A stretch of 64,000 nucleotides of DNA from assembly GCA_013265495.1 (NCBI GenBank), contig MU061814.1:4322759-4386758 (forward strand). The letters are read 5' to 3'. Shown here piece by piece: positions 48,609-61,060 of this stretch (position 1 is its first letter; every line of letters starts with the position of its first letter). The notes under the pieces were generated by a model. It saw nothing but the letters and a program-made list of their open reading frames with translations, was not told where the DNA came from and searched no databases. Position numbers and translations under genes: made by a program. This DNA comes from Vicugna vicugna (lineage: Eukaryota).

Positions 48609-51600
48609 CCCACTGAATCAGAAGCCATGGGGCTGTGGCCCAGGACTCTGCCTGTTCAATCCTCTCCCAGGGAAGCCGATGTTCATCAAAGCACGAGGGC
48701 TCCGGGTCCAGAGGAGTTCTGGCTTCAGAGCCCCAGTGGCCAGAGTCCCTCGCGAGAAAGCATGCTGTTCACAAGGGGGTGTCCGGGGGGTGACAGCTTC
48801 TTGGCGTTGCTCAGGGTGCGGCTGGAATGACGCTGTGCATTGCCCTCTCCCCGGAGCAGTAAATGGGGCACTTCCACATAGAAGTGTGGGATCTCGTATT
48901 ACAAAGCGTGACACAGAACACTTTCGTTGTGTTTAAAATGTGCGTGGAACATTTGTTCTCCCATTATTTTTCCCCGTCAAACAGAATCTTAACGAGATTA
49001 TGGCTCAGATAACATCGCAGAGTGCATTGTAAATATTTTGCTGATGTAAAGGTTTGCGTTGGGAATGGATGGTTTCAGGGCTGCTGCTGCAGACGAGGTA
49101 GGCTCGCTCCCTCTGCTGCTGAGATGTGGAGGCAGGCGGGCAGGAGCGGGGTGCTCTCCGGCAGGAGAGCGTTTATAGAACAAGCCTCTTCTGTCCCCTG
49201 AACTGCTTTGCTCTGCAAATGCAAAAAGGCATTATTTCTGGCGCCTGCATCTCATTTCTGTGTTTCAAGCAGTCGCGCTTTTGCTGCCCGGCCACTTCGC
49301 TCTCCTGCAGGCAGAGGTGAGCGCCCCGCCCCTCTCTGTGGCTGCGCGGCAGGTAGCCTCATGGGTACCTGGGACCAGACCTGCAAGCCACCCTGCCCGC
49401 TGGGTCTGCGCTGATGGAGAGCCCTGGGTACCCAGAGGCTCCCGGTCTTCCTGGGAGTGGGTGTCTGTGGCCATCCTGTCTGTCTCTCCGGGTCGGGACG
49501 GGCAACCCAAAGGCTGGCCCCTCTAGAGAAGGACCCCTGCGGCTGGACGCCAGGCTTCTCAGGCCCCCTGTGCTGCTCCGGCCCCTCGGGCTGCAGGTGA
49601 CACATCCCAGGAGCACAGCCCGAGCAGAGCGGAAGGGCCTCTGGGTGGAGCGTGCAGATGAGCTGTGTCGTTGCTTTGTCCTGAGGTGCAGGCTGCTGGC
49701 ACTCAGTGAGGGCTGAAGGGAAAGATGACCGTTTTCCTTCCTCCCTTGTTTCTTCAGCGCAGTGTTTACAGAGGGCCTCGGCAGGCACTGGGTTATGGAC
49801 GCCGCAAATGGGTAAGCTGCATCACGCACACATTATTGGCCCCTTTTGCGAAGCAGCGGATCTAATGTGGGGTGACTTGGGTCACTCATTTCAGGGGGCA
49901 GCCTGCCTCCCGAGGTCCGCCCTCACCCCGTCCTGTCCATCACCTCGGCCCTAACCCCTCAAGGAGGACGGGCACCCCGAGGCGCAGGTCTGATCAGCTT
50001 GAGGGGCGCAGACCCAGCGCCCCCGTCATCAGCTGTGTGGCTCTAGGCACGTGCTGCGGCCGGTGTGACCTCTGTGGCCGCTTCCCCGGGAGGGGATGAC
50101 CGTTCCCACGGCTCAGGCCAGTCCCGAGGGTCCAGCAGGATGGGCATACGACACGCAGGAAGCAGGGTCTGGCCTGTGGAAAGCAGGCCGCTGCTCACCT
50201 GCCCTGCAGTCGCTGCTGTTATTAACGGACGATCCAGGCTCTCCTCCTCCAGAGTCTTGGCCCTGAGATGTGACGAAGTGGCCTTTAAAGTGGTAATTTT
50301 TTCCATTAGATGGCTGCTCGATTTGATATTTTTATGGTTTTGTTTGGGGACTTTTTCCCTCCTGACCTTTACATTCTTATGTGTGGCCAGAGACCTTTTG
50401 TTAAAAGGCGTGTTTTCAAAATTGAGTAAATAAATGATGGAGTGGCGTATTTAAAGCTCCGTAGGCTCTTGGGGGCGGGCGGCAGCACACGAACGTCATC
50501 TCAGTACCGTCAGCTGTCCGCAGGGCTGGGTGTGACCGGATTCCGCCACGTCCTCGTTAACGCCGAGGCACCGAGCTGACGCGTTGTTGGAGACCCAGCA
50601 TCAGAGGGAGGCGTCGCCACACGCAGGCGCCTAACTGCTGAGAGCCGGACGCTTTTTTCTCAGGATGTCTTATTCTTTCCCCCCTTCCCTCAGGTACAAA
50701 GACGGGAGCGTGCCGCTTGTCTCATCTAGTTCTTATATTTTAAGATAAAAACAGAATACCAGAAAAGGGCTGAAGGCGATAAAATTGCGGTCAAAAGTCC
50801 ATAAAATTATAGAACTTATGTTTTTTTGACAACAGGGAGGTTTCACGCTGACTCTTTGTTTAAAGGAGCTGGACAGCTTAGGGGTTATCCGTGGAGACGT
50901 GTAAGATACGCTTCCATGTGAGGGGGGAGAAAAAAACAGTTACATGCTTGAAAGGTTAATGGCTAGTAAACGTCAATTTTCTACCATCCTGGCTAATCAA
51001 AATAGCTTATGAGACGTAAGATGTCATGCTGCCACCATTGCAGCGGCCTTTGAAATCCATTTTGAAGTCTTAGATCCTTGGAAACGAGGGGGTTGGGGGG
51101 ATACAGCCCGAGCTTCGCGCACCTCTCCCTCTGGTTGAGCAGGGGCACCTTCACCAAAAGGAGAGCATCTCTGAGTGGGTGGGAGTGTTTCTCTGGGGTA
51201 TTTCTGGGTTAATCACGTGGTCAGTGCTGTGGATTCCGGGTCCTAGACACTGTGGATGCGTCTTTATTACGGAAGATCTGTCCCCCCTGGTAGACCTGCG
51301 CTGTGTTTGTGGGTCCACGATCTGGCCGCACCGGCGCATCTGCACGGACTCCTAGAAGCATAGACATTTCCAAGGTCTCTGGTTTTAAGTGTGATGACAG
51401 TGACAGACTTCTGCCGCAGCCCCTGACTTGGATGGGGGTGCCTCCGCTCTTTAGAGTGGAATTCCAGCGCGCAGAGATTCCGGAACTTCCCGGAGTTTCG
51501 CAGGAACAGAGTGGGGTGGGGGTGAGATGGGAGAACCTTCTCGCCTTAGAGTCTCCACCCTCACTCCGTGCTGTGAGCTTTGCCTGGGATGGAGGTAAAG

Positions 51601-54600
51601 CATCCTCTGCAGGGGCAGAGCGGATGCAGTGCAGTTAGAGGAGACCTACAGGACCGGGCTTGCGGGATCTCCACCACTGGTGTGTCACTGTCCCGGTGCC
51701 TTGGGGTCCTGTCGGCACCCACGCTCCTTCCTAAGTGATGGAAGACGCCCTCACGCCCGGCCTCGCTGAGTCAGCTCAGTGGAGGGGCCAGGCGGCTGCC
51801 TTTCTCATTTCTTTGTGAGCAGGATTGAATTCCCCTCCAGCTGGCGTGGAGCCGCAGGCTCCAGCATCTTATACCAGGAGGCTCCATCCTGGGGGCTCAC
51901 GTGTCCGGGTTTAAATCCTGAAACCTCGCGTGCTCGCCTGATGCTGCACCGTGGTTCTCACCTGTCATCCTCATACGGCGGGCGGGGCCGCGTGAACCTA
52001 CAATGGGAATTTGACTTTTATCTCTGTCAGCCTGGAGCCTGTGCCTTCCCCCCTGAAAAGGAGCCGCTCACGAGACGGTCCTGTCATGAGAATCCTGGTT
52101 TTGCCTCTTCCCGATTGAAAGGTAAAAAGGAAGGGTAGCAGGTCTCCCCTCGATGTGCCCATGTTTGGTTTGGGGGTTTGGTGGGGGCAGGTCTGGACTC
52201 CAGGACTGATGGGGAGGTGGGGAGGAGTGCAGGGCGGAGGGCAGGGCCAGCAGAACAGGGCACTTGGGAGCAGGACGCCACTCCTGCTCTTGGTGGCTTC
52301 CCTCGTTCACTGAAAATCGTGCCATACGTCCACGGCTGTGCCTCCTGTATGGAGCACTAAGAAGAGGATTCCTTCCAAGCCAGGCCTCCCTCCTCCCAGC
52401 AGCCCCTGCGCTGGCACTCAGGGTTCTAGGAGACGCACTCCATTGTTGGGTCCTAAAAGGAGGATTCAGGAAGGGTGCCGTTCTGTGACATGCCAATAAA
52501 AAGCCCCTCCTCCCCACCCCCTGTGGTTTTCTAAGGTTGCTGCTTTGAGGAGGCCCTAATATCACTTCCTCCAACCCCAGGGGAGCAGAGGGACGCTCCC
52601 CAGATAAGGAGGCTGCAGCCCCGCCTGTCTATGTCCCATTGTTTGCTCACACTGAAAGGTGGTTACTTTATCAGGAAGGCATCCGTCCAGCAGTGACCGA
52701 GGCATTGTCTTACTGCATTTTCTCTTACCAGTTTTGAAATATTATTTCCTTCTTGCTTAAATGCCGTGCGGGTTAAAACTTATGTTGTTGGAAATGGCAC
52801 TGTGGATGAGCGGGCGGTTTACAGCAGAGGAGCCTGGTATCCTGGTCTCTCCAGGGTGGTGAATGTGGACGGCAACACCCTCGTCGCCCCGGACCCTCGC
52901 CTGGGTTTTTCTGGAGGAGTCCTGAGTTCTGGGTGTCGGCCGGTAGCAGCGGAGGCGAACGCTTATCAATTTATTTCCTGACATCGTGCGCCGTTAATCT
53001 CTGCTCGCCGACTCCCAGTGGGACCGCAGCCGCTCTCTGGGAAGTTATTTGATTTCTGATGTAAGGAAAGGGATTCACGCGGCTGGATTTTGATAAGGCC
53101 GCCGTCTGGCGTGGCTCAGACACGCTCATCCCGGCCGTGTGGCTGACAGGTGGCTCGCTGGGCGGGAGTACTGCAGAGCAGCGATGCCGGACATGCGGAG
53201 ATAATTGTAGTTTTGCTATTTAAAAAAAATAAGGCTAGTGCTTTACAATGTTGAAATGATAACCTGCTCAGGGAGGCTCGCAGTGCCTGTCTCTTGGCAC
53301 AGGGAAACCTCTTCGAGCAGCTTGACTTGGAGCCTATTAATCTACTTGTATTTTCCCCGAGCATAAACTAAAGTCTCGTTTCTGTCTGAACGCTCAGGCT
53401 AGGACGTGGGGCCGGAGGCGCAAGTCTGCGGTTTCGAGCGAAACATGCTCCATATTCCAGAGGTTTCCGTGCCCGTGTTGTGTTTACGCCTCTGCTTTTA
53501 AATGACCTGCAGTGTTGAGATTAGAGGCACTCGGTTCGACTTAACATCTAAGTACCGTGATCTGCGGAGTTGCTCCTGATCTGGTGCTCAGCTCGGTATT
53601 CTGCCTGGGGGTTGGAGGAAGAGAGGGTTAGAGGCCACCCTGGAGTGGTAGGTCAGTATGGCCCCATGCCTCTGCCATCTTCCTGTCCCCACTAGGACAG
53701 TGACAGGGCTGTGCCCAAGGTCCCCCCGCCCCTGTGCTCAAGCCAGATGTTCTGGTGGTAGGCGTGTCCTTGGAAGCCCAGGACTGTGGTCCTGGACAAA
53801 AGAGACGGGCCTGTTCACCTACCACAGCGGCTCTACAAAGGCCCGGGGCCCCTGGGGGCCAGCAAGGTGCCACACGGTCATCAGGACCTCACATTGTTCG
53901 TTTGACCCCAGGAGGTTGTGACCAGCTTCCTAAACACGGTGGATCTTTGGATTCCTAGATCAGCGTAACTGTGGGTATCGCTGGCCCATTAACCACAGGA
54001 CCCTGGAGAGTCTTAGACCCCTGGGGCCGGCATTGAATCCCTGCCCAGGTAGCTGGAACCTGCCAGCCCTTCCCTGCTCTGTTCCCCCATCTTGGCTGCC
54101 TCCCTTCCCACTTGCCCTTGTGTCTGCGGGGCTCTCCCAGGGCCTCCTGATTCAAAGGTCACCCCTCCACCAGGCCCTCTTTTGCTGTCTTCTCCCTTCC
54201 CTTCTGCCTGAGCTGAGTGAACTTAATTACGTCCACTGCCCTTGTCTCCTGGTTGTATTGGGATATGCAGTAATGTCATGTTTACGGTCCTCCCCCCCGT
54301 GTCTGCCCCACTGTGGTCGCACAGCATGTGCGGCATTCCAGGTAGCGGAGCGGTGAGGCAGGGCGTGCTGGGGAGCTGGGGAGAGAAGACGGCACGCCCG
54401 GGAAGCCGCCTTCCCGGGAAAGGGCCTTTAGGAGATGAGCTTCTCCCGCCTCTTGGAGTGGGCAGGGGCTGGAACTGACAAGCAAGAACATATGAAAGCA
54501 AGATAATTCGAGGAGGGCGGGCATAAAACGGAAAAGCCGAAGTGCCTTCCGTCTCGCACCGCCGTGCGAGGGCTCACTCAGTTTGTTTATGGGCTGTTAT

Positions 54601-57467
54601 CGGAGTAAAGTGGGGCACGTGGATCTCCGCCTGATGAAATCACCCCCTGGGCCGTGTTGGCTTCAGGTCCCTGGGCGTAACTGGACAAGGACAGCGACTG
54701 CGGTGCAGTTTCGTGCCAGACGGCCTCTCCCTTTGTGCTCTTCGTGCACAGCAGCCCACGGGCGCGCCAGTGACACAGGGGCAGGCGGGCGCTCCGGCTC
54801 TGGTCCTGGCTTGGAGCTGCGGACGGGGTGCCCATCAGGCCCGGAAGGGCCCCCGCACGTCAGCCCCGCACGCTTCTCCGATTCAAAGTCTGTGTTGTGA
54901 CCTGGGCGAGAGTTGCATCCGTGGCGGACTCCTGCTCAGGGTGCTGCTCGGCTGGTCCAGGTGTCTGCGTGGCAGGCGGCTCCTCGCTGGGGGTCTGGGG
55001 GCCAAGGAGGCCACGGACTGCCTTCTGCTTTGTTTGAAAAATTGTTTGACCTACCCCCCACTCCCTGCCACCTCTGCCCTTCCCCAGGTAGGCCTGTCTG
55101 CCAGCATTATTTCACGGCCGAGAATTGGGTACCTCTGTAAAATTATATTGACCTGAGGGAATTGAGGCCAGAGGTGCCTGGTGCTTAAATGCGCAGGAAT
55201 CAAACTGCTTGGCTGATAACATTGTATCGATCCATCTCCCCTCCCTGCTTTGCTGAGCAGAGGCCTCCCAGATGACGTGGTGGTGTTTGGGGGTTGTAGT
55301 GGTGCATGGAAGTCCTCATTCTCGATGTTGAAGTGATGTGTTCGTGGGACGAGGACTGGATCTTCATCGCGGCTCCCGGTGACGTCAGGCAGCAGCCCCC
55401 TGGCCGGGGGCCAGGTGTGGGCAGGGGATGCCTTTCCTTCTGTGTGTGCCGGAGACTCTGTCCTGGGGCTCGGCCCTCGGGAAGCAGCTCAGGGCTCACA
55501 GCTAGTGTTCCCAGAGGAGAACGTTCAAAGTGCAGGAGAAACAGGCAACTGGAAAGGGAATGCGGGGAAGTGGAGCTGGTCTGTGGGGCGCGCCCTGTCC
55601 TCTGGGTACACAGGTCACCTGTCACGCTGCTCTGGACGGGCCCCGTGGGAGGCCGAGGGGCCCGCTACTTCAGGGACCCGAGGCTTTACTTCGGTGAGCT
55701 CCACCTCTTAGGCGGGGCTGGCTCTGGATTCCGTTAGAGCCCGGCAGCCAGGAGCCTTCCCTGCGGAGACTGAACACCAACTTCTGGCCTTTGCCGTGGC
55801 AGGTGCCGTGAGAGCCACTGCGGTGACGCAGGGGTGCTGAGTTTGCTGGGGCTTGCTCTGTCTGGGGCTCCAGCCTTCTCACTCCCAGGGCCGCCCACTC
55901 CTGTATTTCTAGGGGTGAGCGGCCCTGTGGCCGTGACTGCCGGCCCGAGAGCGTCCACTGCAGCTGAAGGGCGTCCGCTGGGCTGCAGGCTGCCTCTCCG
56001 CCCACGCGCTCGGACCCGCCCTCTGCCCGGGCCTTGCAGCCCCCAGGGCCGCGCCCTCCTCGTCCTGCACCACCCCCCGCCCCGCCCCGCCCCGAGCTCC
56101 CGCTCCCTCCTGCTCTGCCGGGACCCTCTCCTCCGCTGCTGCAAGGCTTCCTGTCTCGGTGCTCGGCTCCTGTCCCCTCGCTGGTGGGTCCGGTCCCGCT
56201 GTCACCCTCCTCCTCCCCCGAGTCCCGTCTGCCCCCTCGGGGCCCTGGTGCTGCCCGGTTCCCCTCACTGTTACTGTCTCACCCGTCACCCCCCTCTGCC
56301 ACGTCGTGGTGCCAGGGACACACAGGCCCTGCTCTGGCCGCGCCCCAGGGCCTGGAGCAGGCCGGGGGCAGAGGACACGCAGTCAGGGCCCATCGCCAAG
56401 AAGGTGACAGGTCGTGTCCCTGCTCTGCTCCGATCCTTCCCGACGTCACCCACAGCCCCCTCCTGAGCAAGTCTGGTGACTGTCACACCCCTCACCCCCC
56501 AGTGCAGCTCCCCACGCCCCCCTCCCCCAACCCTGTGGCTGGAATCCCTTGGCTCGTCTTCTGTCTGCTCTCTCTCCCTGGGGAGATCCTACCTGTCCTT
56601 GCCTGGGGTGGCAAGTCCACTCCGGAGGCCCCGTCCTCTCCCGGGGGGGCTGGGCCCCCATGTCCTATGCCCCTTGGCAGGTACGACTGCTGGGGCTGTG
56701 CTGCGGCTCAGCCAGGGGAGGCCAGCAACTGGACCTCCCGTCCGCCCAGTGCACCTGCTGGGGTCAGTCACCCCCGGGTGCTGTCCTCCTGAGTGGGGGA
56801 AGGGCCCTGCCCACCAAGGCTGGACCCTGGGTGCCCCCACAGCCCCCAGGGCCGGGCTCCCTGCTTCCAGTTCCCAGACGTGCGGGCAGACTGGGCCTTG
56901 GTGTGGAAATTCCCAATCCTGTAACCTTCCGGGAGCCAGGCAAGCACAGCAGGTCTCTGGGCCGAATCTCAGGCCAACAGTCCATGACTCGGTTCCAGTC
57001 GGTTTTAAGTAACAGGCGATGCATTGAGGCCAGCGCGTGTGTGAGTCTGGGACTCCCTTGTCCAGCTCGACTGCTGGGTAGGAGGGGACACCTCAATCTG
57101 GCCTGCTGGTTGCAAGGAAGAAAACCTCCTTGGGGACCGGGCCTGGCATCTTTAAAACAGGGCTCCGTGCCGACCAGAGGCCAGAGGAGGGCCCAGTGGA
57201 CAGCGGGGCTCTGGGCCTCCAAGGCGGGGCTGGAGACCCCTCTGCTCTCCTGCTGGCCATGAGCCTCGACCACAGGGGCCAGGTGGGGTGGGGTGTGCGG
57301 CCCCTCGGGGCTGAACGCCTAGGGCTGGGCGTGCGGAGGTGAGAGGCTGGTGCAGGTAAGCTGATTTTAACTGCACTTTATTCAAAACAGGCTATCGGAG
57401 CCTGAAGACGTCCAAAACGTCAGGCTATGCAGTGACCCCCATACTTGGGGTCTGTGAACCCCTGGAA

Positions 57468-57667
57468 GGACCCTCGGGGCTCCTACGGCACAGGGTGGGT
57501 GGGGAATGAGTCCCGGGGGCCCTCGGGGGGTCCCACAGCATGGGGGGTGGTGAGGAGTGAGTCCCAGGGACCCTCGGGGGCTCCCACGGCACGGGGTGGG
57601 TGGGGAGTGAGTCCTGAGGACCCTGGGGGGCTCCCACATTGGAAGGAGGGTGGGGAGTGAGTCCAGA
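57468..57667 (+). repeat. G-rich minisatellite, ~50-bp unit x4
   Basis: Units start at 57468, 57517, 57568 and 57618; consensus approx. GGACCCTCGGGGGCTCCCACGGCACGGGGTGGGTGGGGAGTGAGTCC. Confidence 0.92.
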
Positions 57668-58892
57668 GTCGGGACAGCAGCTGTCCAGTAAGCTCTCACC
57701 CAACATCAGCGCTTCGGGTGGCCGCCGGGAGGCCCTTATTCTTGCGAACCTCACTTTTTCCCAGAGGAAGCAAGCTCCAGACGTGGAGCAAGAGCTTAAC
57801 AGCATTATGTTGCTCTCACTGTGCTTACTTGCAAGCACAGGGTGAGGCAGTGTCACAAGTTCCCCTTTTAAACGCATGTGCTCCGTAAAACAAAAGCCTC
57901 GCTGGGCCCAGGTGGCAGCCCGGGGTGGCGTGCTGAGCGGCGTCCGCTTGTGAGGTGCGCGCTTGCCGCCCTGGGGCGGGGCCCGCAGCCAGCACGCCCA
58001 CGGCACCTGCCCGGCCCCACCACCGTCCCTCCCCAGGGGCCGCATCCAGGTGAGAGCTCGCACCCTCGCTCCGCGCCCAGTGTTCCTGACGGTTGCTTCC
58101 CTTTGTGGTAGGTTTACCGTTTTCCCTGGTGATGAAGTGTTTCCCATGGGAGTCGTGAAGGTTGTAAGGAAAATGGGAGGGAAAAGGGTAAGATGGTCCA
58201 CAGACGGGGCAGAGAGCCTGGGCTGGGCCGGCTGTGGACAGAGCTGCGCGGGGGCTCTCTCGTCTCCTCTCCCGCCCGAGGCTCAGAGCTGGCAGCACGT
58301 TCTGACCCAGAGCCTGCGGTGGGCGGGGGTCTCCCTCCCAGCCCGGTGCCATCACCAGTGTGAGGCCAGGCAGAGACCCAGGCGAGCTCCGTGTGCACCT
58401 GTCACCCCCCCAGGGCCGCACCAGGGATCCTGGGGGGTCCGCACTGCCAGCACCAAAGCCTGAGGGGACACACCCCGGAAGCTGTGCGTCCGTGGATGGG
58501 GACCCCATTGTCTCCCAGTCAGCCAGCCTGCCTGCTAACATTGAACACAGAAACAGCACACTGGCTGTGCCTGCAGGCTCAGCGAGCTGTCCCCGCTCGG
58601 CACCCATTCGGATGTTCGTCTGAAAATCCCGGCTGCTGTGGAGAGAGCCGCGTGGAGGAGGGGCCGGCCCAGGGCGGGAGGTCGCCCCGGGCACGTGTCA
58701 GGTGCGACGGCTTCTGTTTCAGAACCATCTACCTTTCGTCTCTCTCTTACTTCAATAGATCATTTTGTATTTTTAAAGTGCCGAACAATTTACTTTTGAA
58801 AACTTGAAATACAGAGAAATGTGAAAAGAATAAATCAGTGCAATTTTGTCTCCCTCCCCCGTACAACCACTTTTAACCATTTGGCACACCTG

Positions 58893-59272
58893 GCATGTGT
58901 GTGTGTGTGTGTGTACGTGTGCATAGGGGGGCATGTGCCCATGTGCATAAGCTTGTGTAGGTGTGGTGTGTTACCACGTGGGCACACACGTGTGGTATGC
59001 AGTCACGTGGGCACACTTGTGTGTTGCACGCACCTGTGTCAAGTGTGTGAGTGTGGTGCGTGCACGTATGGGTGGTATGTGTGCATACCACTTGTATGCA
59101 CACACATGCGCTAATGTATGTGTGTGTGGCGAGCGTTCACATGTGCACACGGGTGTTGTGAGAGTGGTGCGTGCATGCACAAAAGCATGTGAGTGTGTGT
59201 GTGCATATGTGCAGACACATGGCTGCACAGACGTGCATGCGTGTGGAACGTGTGCATGTGCGTGTGCATGTG
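58893..59272. repeat. Alternating purine-pyrimidine (TG/CA/GC) low-complexity tract
   Basis: A TG run at the start, then a degenerate gtgtgcatgcac-type sequence. Confidence 0.92.
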
Positions 59273-59349
59273 GTGGGCCTGCGCCGTGGAGAGACAGAAG
59301 GACATTTCCAGTTCTCTGCTGCTGAAAATGACGGATGCCGTGAAGAAAA

Positions 59350-59880
59350 TCTACACACGTGCATCTTAGGGCACATTTCTCATTGTGAGAAGCAGAATTC
59401 AGAAACGTGTTCCCGAGGCCATGCGGGCCTGGATCTGCGTGTCTAAAGGATGTTTCAGGGGGGAGGTGGCCATTTACGTTCCCAGCCAGAACTTCGGAGA
59501 CGCCGGGGTTCCCGTGCCTCCTTCGTACACGGCTGTTCTTTTAAAGACATTTTCCAGTCTGACAGGTGTAAGAGAGCATCGTTTAATCGTGCATTTATTT
59601 AATTAGAGCGGCTGGGAATTTTTCTAAGTTTGCCATTCCTCCCCATGTTTTCTTGTGCAAATTGTGTGTCCATATTTGTCAGTTTTTCTCTCTCGGGGTG
59701 ACTGGAGTGGCCTCGTATGAAAACAGATTCATCTGGAAGAAATCTGACCTCTGTCTTCAACCTACAAACCCGACTTGGGTTTCTGTTAGCCCTGTCACCA
59801 CTGAGATCCCTCAGGAAAGTTTTGTAACTTTTTTCAAGTAGTTTTGGTGTATTCTTAGAGTTTGTCCCTACGCGCTTAAC
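59350..59880 (-). mobile_element. Ancient LINE-1 remnant (L1ME-like); a related piece lies at ~58760-58890
   Basis: ttttccagtctgacaggtgtaa...tttaatcgtgcatttattt...tgtgtccatatttgtcagtttttct; diverged and GC-shifted. Confidence 0.55.
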
Positions 59881-60096
59881 ACGTGCTCTTGTGTGAGGAG
59901 TGTCTGCAGGGCAGCGGTGCTGGTGCTGGTGCTGGTGCTGGGCGCAAGCTGTTCATCTAGGGACCGTGGTTTGTACGACTAAGTAAGCAGAGCCCATCCA
60001 GACTGGCTGAAGCCCCAGCACAGATTCTTTGAGAGGCAGTGGGGTTTTCTGAAGGCCTGGAATCCAGCACTGAAATTTAAGGCTGCCAGGATGAGG

Positions 60097-60288
60097 CATG
60101 GGGAAGCCTTTTCTGTAAAGGGCCAGAGAACGGTTATTTTAGGCTTTGCAGGATAGGTCTGGTGGGGCCTGCTCACCTCGGCTGCTGCAGCACGAAAGTG
60201 GCCGTAGACAACTGGGGACGAATGGGGCAGCTGTGTGCCAGGGAGACTCTGCTTACAGCAGAGGCTGCAGGTTGGAGTTGACCCCACA
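60097..60288. mobile_element. MER58A hAT MITE
   Basis: ttttctgtaaagggccaga...tattttaggctttgcagg...gaaagtggccgtagacaa...gctgtgtgcca. Confidence 0.82.
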
Positions 60289-60394
60289 CAGAGCCCCCGC
60301 TTTCTGCTTCTCTACGACTCTCCCATCTTCATGTTCCTAGTTTTCTGTGCATGTGGAGGAAAACTGTTCCTGGTTGAGAACCATTGCTCTGAAT

Positions 60395-60535
60395 GCATTA
60401 CTCTTTAGCCCTCATAGCAACGTTATGAAGCTTGGCGTTATGGCCCCATTTGACAGATGGGGAGACTGAGGCCAGCAAGATGCCACAGCCAAGGTCAGGG
60501 AGCTTATAACCCACGTCGGCCTGACAAGCACTGTG
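60395..60535 (-). mobile_element. MIR
   Basis: cctcatagcaac...ccccatttgacagatggggagactgaggcc...ccaaggtca. Confidence 0.75.
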
Positions 60536-61060
60536 GCCGTGTGAGTGCAGTTCAGAGTTGGGTCAGAGCCCACGGCATGTGCCTGCAGGGTGCAGTCCCC
60601 GCGTCCCAGGGACCCGAAAAGAGGAGGCAGAGGAGGCAGGAACACAGAGGACTGGACCCTTCCAGTGCTGCCAGGAGCGTTTTCTGCTGGGCATTAATAA
60701 TGCCACCACCACCACGGCCACAGTAAAGGAAGATGAGGGAAATGAACACTTGCTGGCTGGTGTGTTCAGTGCTCAGCGCAGTGATCTGCTCCCACGGGGC
60801 TGGAGTTAAGAGTGGACGGCTCCTCGCCGCCGGTGAGCTCTGCTGGCCCCAGACAAGGACCCCGAGATGGGGGCTCCGCAGACCCCGGCTCCAGGCGGCC
60901 ATGCTCCGCCTCACTGGAGGGGCCCGCACTCCTGCCGGGGGCCTGGGCGTGGACCTCCCGGGGCGGCCGCTGGGCCGGGTGCAGCCTGTGCTCCCGGGGC
61001 CAGACGCCTGCGGCCTCCCGAGGGGCCTCCACCCTCTGCATCTGGGGCCGGCGGGTCCGC

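Noticed and set aside
52766-52981. 71-aa ORF with protein-like composition (MRVKTYVVGNG...)
   Set aside because: GTG start, no supporting splice sites or recognisable homology; chance is expected among hundreds of ORFs.
55834-58694. Several 200-290-aa ORFs in intron 2
   Set aside because: Low-complexity Pro/Gly/Arg-rich, present on both strands and several frames; some run through the 50-bp VNTR. None resembles cadherin exon 3.
58821-59446. Cys/Val/His-rich ORFs
   Set aside because: Translations of the (TG/CA)n tract, not metal-binding proteins.
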